Assembly: GCA_046582655.1 (NCBI GenBank)
Contig: JAYGDX010000292.1
Location: forward strand, 1 to 64,000
Length of the DNA: 64,000 bases
DNA from: Candidatus Poribacteria bacterium
GTDB lineage: Bacteria > Poribacteria > WGA-4E > UBA9662
Direction: 5' to 3'
The position numbers and the translations under genes are program-made. The notes beneath the pieces were generated by a model. The model had not been told where the DNA came from. It worked only from the letters and a program-made list of their open reading frames with translations, and ran no database searches. Positions 54,305 through 62,692 of this stretch are shown here, piece by piece. The stretch's first letter is position 1. Each line of letters begins with the position of its first letter.

Positions 54305-55612
54305 ATGAGAAGCAGATTATGGTTACCTGCCGTTTTTTTTCTGGTTTTGGGTTTATGTGTTGTTGAAACTAAAGGGGAAACGTTAAGAGTTGCTTGGGCT
54401 GAATGGCTACCGGCTGATTATTTACAGGAATTGTCTAAAGGTTTTACCGAAGAAACCGGAATTGATGTAGACATTGTTCAAATCCCTTGGCCAAGTTTCC
54501 AGAACAAGATTGATCTGGGTTTTGTTGGCAAGAGCGATAGTTATGATATTGTTATCGGGGATAGCCAGTGGCTTGGCAGCAACTCTGTTGGCGGGCATTA
54601 TGTCAAATTGACTGATTGGATTGACAAAAATATTGATGTGGATTCCATCTATGGTCCAGCTATGACGGCATTTGCCGAGTATCCCAAGGGGAGCAAGGAA
54701 TACTGGGCGCTTCCGGCTGAGGTGGATGCTAACGGTTATGTTTATCGTAAGGACCTGTTTGAAAATCCAAGGGAAAAGCAGGCGTTTAAAGATAAATATG
54801 GGTATGAGTTGAACGTACCCAAAACCTATCAACAGTTGCGTGACGTGGCTGAATTCTTTACCCGACCACCGGATCTTTATGGTATTGCTACTTATTTTAG
54901 TAAAGAGTACGATGGTATTACTATGGGGTTCCAGCAAGTGATGTGGTCTTTCGGTGGGTCGTACGGTGATCCCGAAACCTACAAAGTTGAAGGTTACATC
55001 AACAGCGATGATTCATTGAAAGCTCTGGAATATTATAAGGAACTGATTAATTTCTCGCCACCTGATGCTCCAAACTATTATTGGCAAGAAACGCTAGATG
55101 CGTATAAGGCTGGTAAGGTCGCTATGGCCATGAACTATTTTGCTTTTCTGCCTGGTGCAGTGGATCCGAAACAGAATCCGAAGTACCACGACAAAAGCGG
55201 CTTCTTCATCGCCCCAAAAGGACCTAAGGGACACTATATCAGTATTGGTGGGCAGGGGATGTCGATTTCGTCCTATTCCAAGCGTCAGCAGGTTGCCAAG
55301 GATTATATGAAATGGTTTATTCAGAAACCGGTGCAGGAAAAATGGGCTAAACTTGGCGGGTTTACGCCGCATAAGGAAGTTCTGCAGTCTGACGCTTTTC
55401 TGAATGCTACCCCTTTCAACAAAGCTTTCGCTGCCAGTTTTCCTTACCTGCGGGATTTCTGGGCTATCCCAGAATACGCTGAACTGTTGGCAGCTTGCCA
55501 AACGAATTGGAATGCTGTTGTCGTCGGATCCAAATCTGCTAAAGATGCGCTAGACACTATTGCTAACAAGCATGAAGAGATCTTTGAAGATGCTGGATAT
55601 TACGACAAATAA
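54305..55612 (+). CDS. Sugar ABC transporter substrate-binding protein (CUT1, family 1)
   Basis: Signal peptide, FTEETGIDV, YDIVIGDSQW, YRKDLF, P.TY.QL.DVAEFF, IGGQG. Confidence 0.93.
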   Translation: MRSRLWLPAVFFLVLGLCVVETKGETLRVAWAEWLPADYLQELSKGFTEETGIDVDIVQIPWPSFQNKIDLGFVGKSDSYDIVIGDSQWLGSNSVGGHYVKLTDWIDKNIDVDSIYGPAMTAFAEYPKGSKEYWALPAEVDANGYVYRKDLFENPREKQAFKDKYGYELNVPKTYQQLRDVAEFFTRPPDLYGIATYFSKEYDGITMGFQQVMWSFGGSYGDPETYKVEGYINSDDSLKALEYYKELINFSPPDAPNYYWQETLDAYKAGKVAMAMNYFAFLPGAVDPKQNPKYHDKSGFFIAPKGPKGHYISIGGQGMSISSYSKRQQVAKDYMKWFIQKPVQEKWAKLGGFTPHKEVLQSDAFLNATPFNKAFAASFPYLRDFWAIPEYAELLAACQTNWNAVVVGSKSAKDALDTIANKHEEIFEDAGYYDK

Positions 55613-55703
55613 TCTAATCTAACAAACCTACAGATAGATGTAATGTAACGAATCAAGTTCTTCGCGAAGTGTAGCTAGCTGGTTGATGTTGGTTATATAC
55701 ATG

Positions 55704-55725
55704 CTTTGTGATTCATCCTACATTT
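55704..55725. promoter_or_regulatory. Candidate CRP/FNR-family site upstream of the cyclase
   Basis: cttTGTGAttcatcCTACAttt versus consensus TGTGA-N6-TCACA (8/10 core positions). Confidence 0.3.
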
Positions 55726-55750
55726 TTACAAGCTATAGGGAGTTAATAGT

Positions 55751-58081
55751 TTGCAAGACGAACAACAAAATGAAGTTGAAGTTGCTGAGGAAGTAGAAAC
55801 TTCTCCTACGGAAGTAGAAACTTCTGCCAAGGAAACTGAAGTTGCTGAGGAAATCGAGGTTTCTGAGCCGACTTTTATAAACAAAATGGAGGCATTTGTT
55901 GATACCAAACTATTTCAGGGGCTTATGCTCGTTACCACTATCTATGCGCTTATTGGTACTGACATTGCCGCTTGGGTTGGTATTTCTCAGGCCTCGTACC
56001 ATGTTCTGCACTGGATATCCTTCATCGCTTTAATCCTGTTTTTTGTTGAATGGTTTCTTCAATGGATCTGTAAGGATGGTTATTTCGATGGAGGTAAAGG
56101 CTTCTTTTTCTGGTTGGACTTTATTGCCGCTTTATCGTTGATTCCGGACGTGCCTTGGATAGCCGAACCGCTTGCTGCTGCAATGGGATTGGGTGGTGGA
56201 GCTGGTGGAGGTTTGGCTATTGCCAGAGCGGGTCGGGCTGCGCGTGCTGGTGCCAGAGCGGGTCGAATTGCACGAATCTTCAAACTTTTGAAAAAAGCTT
56301 TACCTGCTATTCAAAAAATGATGGGTAAGGAGTTACCTGAGGATGAAGTGGATGATGACCTTGGTGATCTCGCACCCAGTCATATCGGTGGTGTTTTTGG
56401 CGATTTGATGACTCGAAAAGCGATTGTTGGTGTGATGTTAATGTTGGTTTTTGTGGCTATGCTGGACTATCAGCCACCGCGTCCATTCGATACTGCTGGG
56501 CTAGCTCAACTTGAACAAACTTCTGGTGAATTGCAAGATTTGTTGGTAGAGCAGTACAAAGACAAATTCAACTTTAAAGGCAAGCTTGTAAAGAGAGAAG
56601 CACTAGCCTTGCAAACCTTGGTAGCAGACCTTGTAGAGCTTCAGGCGTTGGGCATAGACACTAAAGATGATAAAGCTAAGATGATAAAGCTAAAAATGCG
56701 TATTGACGAGATTAACGCTATTATTGCCCTTGCCCCGCCAAAACTGGTTTATTTGAACCTAAACGGTGAAACCATTGATTTGGCTTGGGATAAACAGTTG
56801 GTTATGTCCCCACTTGCTGTAGACGGTTCAGCCCGTTTCGACAAACGTTTAGAAACGGTATTGAAGAAGCCTGATGTTCTGCGAGTCTTTACTCCCAACG
56901 CCCAGAGTCAAGCTTGGTTCGATGTCAGGCATGAAAAAGCTATGGAAGGTAAAAATGCTTTCTTCATGACATTGTTCGTTGTGGCGCTTCTTGGTACTGG
57001 TTCTATGCTTTTCCAGTCGGATGCTGAAAAACTGTTTATCGGTCCAATCATGAAGATGACGGATATTGTCAGGGAACTGGCGGAAAACCCCTTGGCTGCT
57101 CTTGATGCGGGTCACCAAGATGATGACAGTGAAACAGCTGTCGTCCAAAAAGCCATGGTCAAGATTGGGGGAATGTTGCAGATTGGTTTCGGTGAAGCTG
57201 GGGCGGAAATTATTGCCCATAACATGGCTTCAGGTGGTGAGCTCGATGTGATGATCCCAGGTGAGAAAATTGATGCCATTTACGGTTTCTGTGATATTAG
57301 AAGCTTCACAGATGCAACCGAATGTCTGCAAGAAGATGTTATGCTTTTTGTTAACGAGATTGGTGGCATTGTGCATCATGCTACTGTGGAATCGGGGGGG
57401 GCACCAAACAAGAATATTGGTGATGCCTTCCTGCTGATTTGGAAACCCAAACAGGGTGAGACAACGAACAGCCTCTGTGACGGTGCGCTGGGCGCGTTTA
57501 TAGAGGTTATTGAGGAAATCAATGCCTCTAGAAGGCTGAAAGAGATTACTCAACATGAAGAGTTGCAAGCAAGAATTCCTGGTTTCACCACCAAAATGGG
57601 ATTTGGTTTGCATCTCGGCTGGTCTATCGAAGGAGCGATTGGTTCCAATTACAAGGTAGATTGTTCTTACCTGTCGCCTAATGTCAACATGTCGGCCAGG
57701 CTTGAAGCTGCCACCAAGCAATTTGGTGTTGAAATCCTTCTCTCCGGTGATTTTTATCAGGGACTGACACCTCCAATGAAGGCCAAGTGCCGTCAGATAG
57801 ATCACGTTACAGTCAAGGGAAGTATACAACCCATGAAACTCTACTCCTGTGACGTTAACTTTGCTCCTGGAGTTAATCCTACAGCTTATTACCAAACCTT
57901 TGGTCAAGCGGTAGGTTACTACATATCCGGTAGTTGGCAGGAATCTAAAGAGATACTTGAGTCCTGCTTGGAAACATGGCCGGAAGATGTTCCACCACAG
58001 AATCTCCTGACGGTTATGGGGGAAACAGATTTCACTGCCCCTGATGATTGGGAAGGTTACCGTGCATTAACCGAGAAGTAA
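55751..58081 (+). CDS. Voltage-sensor/ion-channel-like 6-TM class III adenylyl cyclase (alveolate AC-like)
   Basis: S2 LFFVEW, S3 FFWLDFIA, S4 ARAGRAARAGARAGRIARIFKLLKK, LQIGFGEAG, FCDIRSFT, NKNIGDAF, GFGLHLG..EGAIGS.YKVD.SYLSPNVNMSARLE, C-terminal TPR-like WEGYRALTEK. TTG start after GGGAG. Confidence 0.9.
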   Translation: MQDEQQNEVEVAEEVETSPTEVETSAKETEVAEEIEVSEPTFINKMEAFVDTKLFQGLMLVTTIYALIGTDIAAWVGISQASYHVLHWISFIALILFFVEWFLQWICKDGYFDGGKGFFFWLDFIAALSLIPDVPWIAEPLAAAMGLGGGAGGGLAIARAGRAARAGARAGRIARIFKLLKKALPAIQKMMGKELPEDEVDDDLGDLAPSHIGGVFGDLMTRKAIVGVMLMLVFVAMLDYQPPRPFDTAGLAQLEQTSGELQDLLVEQYKDKFNFKGKLVKREALALQTLVADLVELQALGIDTKDDKAKMIKLKMRIDEINAIIALAPPKLVYLNLNGETIDLAWDKQLVMSPLAVDGSARFDKRLETVLKKPDVLRVFTPNAQSQAWFDVRHEKAMEGKNAFFMTLFVVALLGTGSMLFQSDAEKLFIGPIMKMTDIVRELAENPLAALDAGHQDDDSETAVVQKAMVKIGGMLQIGFGEAGAEIIAHNMASGGELDVMIPGEKIDAIYGFCDIRSFTDATECLQEDVMLFVNEIGGIVHHATVESGGAPNKNIGDAFLLIWKPKQGETTNSLCDGALGAFIEVIEEINASRRLKEITQHEELQARIPGFTTKMGFGLHLGWSIEGAIGSNYKVDCSYLSPNVNMSARLEAATKQFGVEILLSGDFYQGLTPPMKAKCRQIDHVTVKGSIQPMKLYSCDVNFAPGVNPTAYYQTFGQAVGYYISGSWQESKEILESCLETWPEDVPPQNLLTVMGETDFTAPDDWEGYRALTEK

Positions 58082-58095
58082 AGCATACAGTTTGA

Positions 58096-58139
58096 GAGAG
58101 CAGTCGATTGGAAATCCCTAATTCGATTGCTCTTTTTTT
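58096..58139 (+). terminator. Hairpin plus U-tract between the cyclase and permease genes
   Basis: AGAGCAGTCGA...TCGATTGCTCT followed by TTTTTT. Confidence 0.65.
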
Positions 58140-58203
58140 ATTGTTTATTTTAGGTGTTAACCATTTTTCCCCCAAGTTAAACATCAAGAAAGACTGATTT
58201 TAA

Positions 58204-59121
58204 ATGCGTTCAGAAAGCCTACCAAAAGGTCTCAATGACTACCAAATTAAGATGATGTTCATCACACCGACCATGATTTTGCTGGTCTTGATGAACATCT
58301 TCCCGTTGCTGTGGTCGTTGTACTTAAGCTTTCATCGCTATAAAGCTTCTATACCAACCCGACCAGCGAAGTTCATCGGGGTGCGCAACTATTCCCAGCT
58401 TCTGTCTGACCCCGAAGTATGGGGGTACTTTCAAACCACCGCTTATTTTGTCGTCCTGGCTGTGCTTGTCCAGTTCATCATCGGTTTTGGGTTGGCTTTG
58501 CTGCTGAACCGCGAGTTCCGTTACAAAGGGATGATTACCACGTTAATCCTGTTACCGATGATGCTCTCACCGGTTGTAGTTGGATTGTTTTGGCGCTTCA
58601 TTTTCGCCTCTGACAATTCTGGACTGGTCAACTATTTCCTCAGTCCAGTATTGAACGCGTTGAACATGCAACCCATCGGTTGGACAACAGATCCCAAAAT
58701 TGCCATGATTGCCGTAGTGATCGTCGATACATGGATGTGGTCGCCTTTCATGATGCTAATCTCTTTAGCGGGGTTATCTGCCATACCTAAGTATCTCTAC
58801 GAAGCGGCAGATGTCGATCGCGCCTCGACCTGGTTCAAGTTTAGTAGGATTACCTTACCATTGGTCTCGCCCCTTTTGCTAATTGCATTGCTATTCCGTA
58901 CCATGGATGCATTTAAGATGTTCGACATTGTTTATGTCCTGACACGTGAAGGCGGGCCGGGTACGGCCACGGAAACAGTCTCTATGAATCTTTATAAACT
59001 GGCGTTTCGGAATTTCAATACAGGTAAGGCCTGCGCCATGGCATACATTCTTTTAATCATCATCGTTGCGTTAAGTAATATCTATGTTAAATATCTGAAT
59101 CAGGTAAAGGGAGACGCATAG
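58204..59121 (+). CDS. Sugar ABC transporter permease (MalF-like)
   Basis: FIGVRNY, LPMMLSPVVVG, LYEAADVDRA (EAA motif). Confidence 0.94.
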   Translation: MRSESLPKGLNDYQIKMMFITPTMILLVLMNIFPLLWSLYLSFHRYKASIPTRPAKFIGVRNYSQLLSDPEVWGYFQTTAYFVVLAVLVQFIIGFGLALLLNREFRYKGMITTLILLPMMLSPVVVGLFWRFIFASDNSGLVNYFLSPVLNALNMQPIGWTTDPKIAMIAVVIVDTWMWSPFMMLISLAGLSAIPKYLYEAADVDRASTWFKFSRITLPLVSPLLLIALLFRTMDAFKMFDIVYVLTREGGPGTATETVSMNLYKLAFRNFNTGKACAMAYILLIIIVALSNIYVKYLNQVKGDA

Positions 59122-59122
59122 A

Positions 59123-60277
59123 TTGGCTAATAAACGTCGGGCAGGACTTGGGCACTACATCATTCTGATTACCATCGCCATGGCTGTTGTTATCTACCTG
59201 ATCCCGATTTATTGGATTGTTGTTACTTCTTTAAAATCACCAAGTGACATCGTTACCAAAGTTCCCAAGTTTCTGTTTCGCATAACATGGGAGAACTATC
59301 AAAAGCTGATGCCGATGAAAGTTCCGCTGATCCTCTATATTTTCTTGGCTGAAGCACTAATTGGGATTCTTTTGGTGTGTCTGTCGCTTAAAAAGGATAT
59401 GGCCATAGTACGAATGTTGATTCCCGTGGGCGGTATCGTGTTCGCCTTAACCAGCTTTTGTGCCTTTATAGGTACAAGGGACTTTAATTTTCTGATGCTG
59501 ATAGTTTATGCTATGGCTGCTTATTGGCTGATTAGAAAAACCGCAACTAGGGTGACGCAAGCCCGACTTATTTGGGGGAGTCTTATTGCGTTTTCTTTGG
59601 TGGCTGTTTGTGCTGTTCTGGCTGGTGCTGGCTCCAAGTATTTTCATCAGTTACTGAATAGTATCGTCATTGGATTCGGCAGTACAATTCTGGCTGTTGG
59701 ACTTGGGACCTGTTCCGCTTATGCCTTTTCCCGCTTTGAAATCTTGGGAAAGGAAGATCTACTGTTTTTCATTCTTAGCACACGGATGTTGCCGCCAGTT
59801 GTGGTCGTCATCCCGGTTTACCTAATGTACAGTAAACTTGGGTTGCGTGATACACATTTGGGACTAATACTATTATATACCACCTTCAACCTGTCATTTG
59901 CTGTCTGGTTAATGAAAGGGTTCATTGACGAAATCCCAAAGGAATATGAGGACGCGGCGTTAGTAGACGGGTACACGCGTTTCCAAAGCTTTTTCAAGGT
60001 CGTTTTCCCACAATCGGTAACAGGAATGGCGGCCACAGCGGTGTTTTGTTTGATTACAGCTTGGAACGAATTTGCCTTTGCGCTTGTGTTGACGGAGGTT
60101 GGAGGTAAGGCAGTCACTGCTCCTCCGTCTATTACCAGCGCAACTGGATCTGGTGGGATGGATTGGGGAATGATTGCGGCTAAGACTTTTATCTTCTTGC
60201 TGCCTGTTGCAGTCTTTACCTTTTTAATGCGGAAACATTTACTTCGTGGTGTTACCTTTGGCGCGATTAAGAAATAA
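59123..60277 (+). CDS. Sugar ABC transporter permease (MalG-like) with extra N-terminal TM insert
   Basis: IYWIVVTSLK, LNS..G, AYAFSRF, IPKEYEDAALVDG. Confidence 0.92.
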   Translation: MANKRRAGLGHYIILITIAMAVVIYLIPIYWIVVTSLKSPSDIVTKVPKFLFRITWENYQKLMPMKVPLILYIFLAEALIGILLVCLSLKKDMAIVRMLIPVGGIVFALTSFCAFIGTRDFNFLMLIVYAMAAYWLIRKTATRVTQARLIWGSLIAFSLVAVCAVLAGAGSKYFHQLLNSIVIGFGSTILAVGLGTCSAYAFSRFEILGKEDLLFFILSTRMLPPVVVVIPVYLMYSKLGLRDTHLGLILLYTTFNLSFAVWLMKGFIDEIPKEYEDAALVDGYTRFQSFFKVVFPQSVTGMAATAVFCLITAWNEFAFALVLTEVGGKAVTAPPSITSATGSGGMDWGMIAAKTFIFLLPVAVFTFLMRKHLLRGVTFGAIKK

Positions 60278-61410
60278 TGGCGAATCTAAGACTGAAAAAT
60301 ATCAAGAAGAGTTTTGCTGGTCAGATAGCGTTAGATAACCTCAACCTTGATATTGAGGATGGCGAATTTTTCGTTATTTTGGGGCATACAGGGGCTGGTA
60401 AAACAACGATACTCAGGTGTATAGCTGGTTTGGAACAGCCTGAACAAGGTGAGATCTATATGGATGATGAATTGATATCGAACCTGTCTCCTGCCACTCG
60501 TGATGTCGCTTTTGTCTTTCAGGAACATATTTTGTATCCGCACATGACTGTGTACGAAAACATGGCTTTTCCCCTTCGCCCAAGGGGGCATTCTGAATCT
60601 GCAATCAATTCGCGAGTTGTGGAGATTGCAGAGATGCTGCACATCAAGCATCTTCTGGGACGAGAACCCAGTCAACTCAGCGGTGGGGAAACACAACGCG
60701 TTGGACTCGGCCGCGCTATGGTACGCCAACCAAAAGTGTTTTTAATGGACGAGCCAATCTCGGCATTAGACGCAAAATTGCGAGCCGAAATGCGGGCTGA
60801 GATTAAGTGGCGTCAACGTCAAACGGGAATTACGACGCTTTATGTGACCCATGATCAAACTGAAGCCATGTCAATGGCGGATCGAATTGCCATCCTCAAG
60901 GATGGAGATGTAATGCAGGTTGGAACAGCCACAGAGGTCTATCACTCACCGGCTAACCTGTTTGTGGCGGATTTTATCGGCAACCCCAGCATAAATCTGA
61001 TTCCTTGCAAGGTGTCAGCCTTTGAAGATGAGTATATGCAGATAAGTCTCTTAGACCATCTTCAGTACCAGATCACGGAAGCAGAAATTGTAAAGCAATT
61101 AGCAAGAATGGATCGGGATTGTGAACTGATACTCGGAATTCATCCGGAAGACATTAGCTTGGAAGACATTAGCTTGGAAGACAGACAAAACATGGACGAT
61201 ATTTCAGCAGAAATATATGAGTCCGAACCCTTAGGCGCTGAAACAATTGTAGACCTGAATTTGGGGAAAAGCGAGAGAGGGGAAATGGTAATCCTAAAAG
61301 TCAGAACTTCACCTGATTTTGATAAAGCAGTTGGCCAAATGGTTGCAATAAAATTCGATCAGAAACAGTTGTTCTTCTTTGATGCGATCACCGGAGAAGC
61401 TATTCGGTGA
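60277..61410 (+). CDS. Sugar ABC transporter ATP-binding protein (MalK-like)
   Basis: GHTGAGKTT, LSGGETQRV, MDEP, VTHDQ, TOBE-like C-terminus. Confidence 0.95.
   Translation: MANLRLKNIKKSFAGQIALDNLNLDIEDGEFFVILGHTGAGKTTILRCIAGLEQPEQGEIYMDDELISNLSPATRDVAFVFQEHILYPHMTVYENMAFPLRPRGHSESAINSRVVEIAEMLHIKHLLGREPSQLSGGETQRVGLGRAMVRQPKVFLMDEPISALDAKLRAEMRAEIKWRQRQTGITTLYVTHDQTEAMSMADRIAILKDGDVMQVGTATEVYHSPANLFVADFIGNPSINLIPCKVSAFEDEYMQISLLDHLQYQITEAEIVKQLARMDRDCELILGIHPEDISLEDISLEDRQNMDDISAEIYESEPLGAETIVDLNLGKSERGEMVILKVRTSPDFDKAVGQMVAIKFDQKQLFFFDAITGEAIR
61146..61183 (+). repeat. In-frame 15-bp tandem repeat (GGAAGACATTAGCTT x2.5; EDISL-EDISL-ED)
   Basis: Seen directly inside the MalK-like gene. 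Confidence 0.9.
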
Positions 61411-61446
61411 AGAAGTTGGCAAACGGCCGATGCCACCTCGAAATAA

Positions 61447-62313
61447 CTAGAATCTCTTGACTTTCTTTTTGAAACCTCCACCGTATTTGTCACTGAGTTC
61501 TTGTTCTACGGTTTGCTGGTGTTCAACCAGTTTCTGCTGCATACAAAATGATGAAACTTTGTCAGTAACCTTTGCTTCTTCGAATGGATTCTCAAAAATC
61601 CAGGCGATGGCGATGTTATCGTTGTCTGGCTGAGCCGGATCTTTAATAATTCTGACAACTCGGGAGGGCAAAGTGGTTTTGCCACGGTATTCGTCTTCTT
61701 CGCTAAATTTCGGGAACTTTGGATTGGTAACAGTTAAAAAAACAGCCATCCCTTCGTGTATTCCCGAACCTCGCTTCGCCTGCACTAATACTCCCGATCC
61801 ACTTATTTCTACGGATTGAACCGGAGTCTCTTTGAGGATGACTTTTTTTCTGCGACCCTCACCTTCACTGGCAGAAACGGACATGGAAATACGCGATGCG
61901 ATTCTGGCAAATTTTCTTTCTTTGAGATCCATGGTGTAGTTGGCAAATTGAAGAACATGTCCAAGTTCCGGATCGAAATAAGACTCTTCTACCACCTCTG
62001 CTTCTTCAACGCCACCAACTCTAACTGAGACATACAATTCTTGATTTGACAATGCTCCGTCTGGGATCGGCTCTGTGAATTCTCCTACTGGAGGGATGTT
62101 GATACAAACAATTTTAGAGTGTATAAAGCCAAGTTTAGCAGGCACTTCGTCCATGTAATCAGGAAAATTTTCGATTTCTTCTGTCAGCTCGTAGTCAATT
62201 TCAACGTCACGGTTAACTTCTGAATCTTTGATCGCTTTAATAATGTCTTCTTTTGTTTCTGGGGCGTCAAAATCCGCCGCTTCCCCTGTTAGTCTGCTTT
62301 TTACCCTGGCCAT
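61447..62313 (-). CDS. PilZ-domain protein (YcgR-like architecture)
   Basis: ERKFARI (RxxxR), EISGSG (variant of D/NxSxxG), SRVVRI. GGGAG RBS. Confidence 0.7.
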   Translation of the reverse strand: MARVKSRLTGEAADFDAPETKEDIIKAIKDSEVNRDVEIDYELTEEIENFPDYMDEVPAKLGFIHSKIVCINIPPVGEFTEPIPDGALSNQELYVSVRVGGVEEAEVVEESYFDPELGHVLQFANYTMDLKERKFARIASRISMSVSASEGEGRRKKVILKETPVQSVEISGSGVLVQAKRGSGIHEGMAVFLTVTNPKFPKFSEEDEYRGKTTLPSRVVRIIKDPAQPDNDNIAIAWIFENPFEEAKVTDKVSSFCMQQKLVEHQQTVEQELSDKYGGGFKKKVKRF

Positions 62314-62692
62314 GATTTTCTCCCTGTTTGTTAGATAGCCTTTTAAAGGTTACTCTGTGAGTTAAAATATGTTATAGAGGTCACTTAGCAATTCTATTTT
62401 ATCCGACCTTAAGTGTCAAGAATTTTTTTAACTATTGGCTGAGTTCATACCTTATTTTTGAATACTGAAAATATGGCGTTGTGTTTGTAGAATTTGTGAT
62501 AATTTTATAGAATATACGCCGCCGAACAGAATATGCGGAATGGTAACAAATTATAATTAGAATTGATCTATCAACTGTTTTTGGGCTGTGTCTGGCACGT
62601 ATTTGAAAACTGCTTGATTCAGTTAGATTTATGCATGTCCAACCGTTCAATAGCGCACTTGGATCAAAGCTTATACAACTGAGGAAAATTGC

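Noticed and set aside
56221..56265. 15-bp direct repeat TGCCAGAGCGGGTCG x2
   Set aside because: Explained by the repeated ARAGR peptide of the S4 helix; not an independent DNA element.
57230..57907. 225-aa antisense ORF in the cyclase (similarly 36322-36957 and 54422-54937)
   Set aside because: Each fully overlaps a well-supported gene on the opposite strand and shows no motifs.
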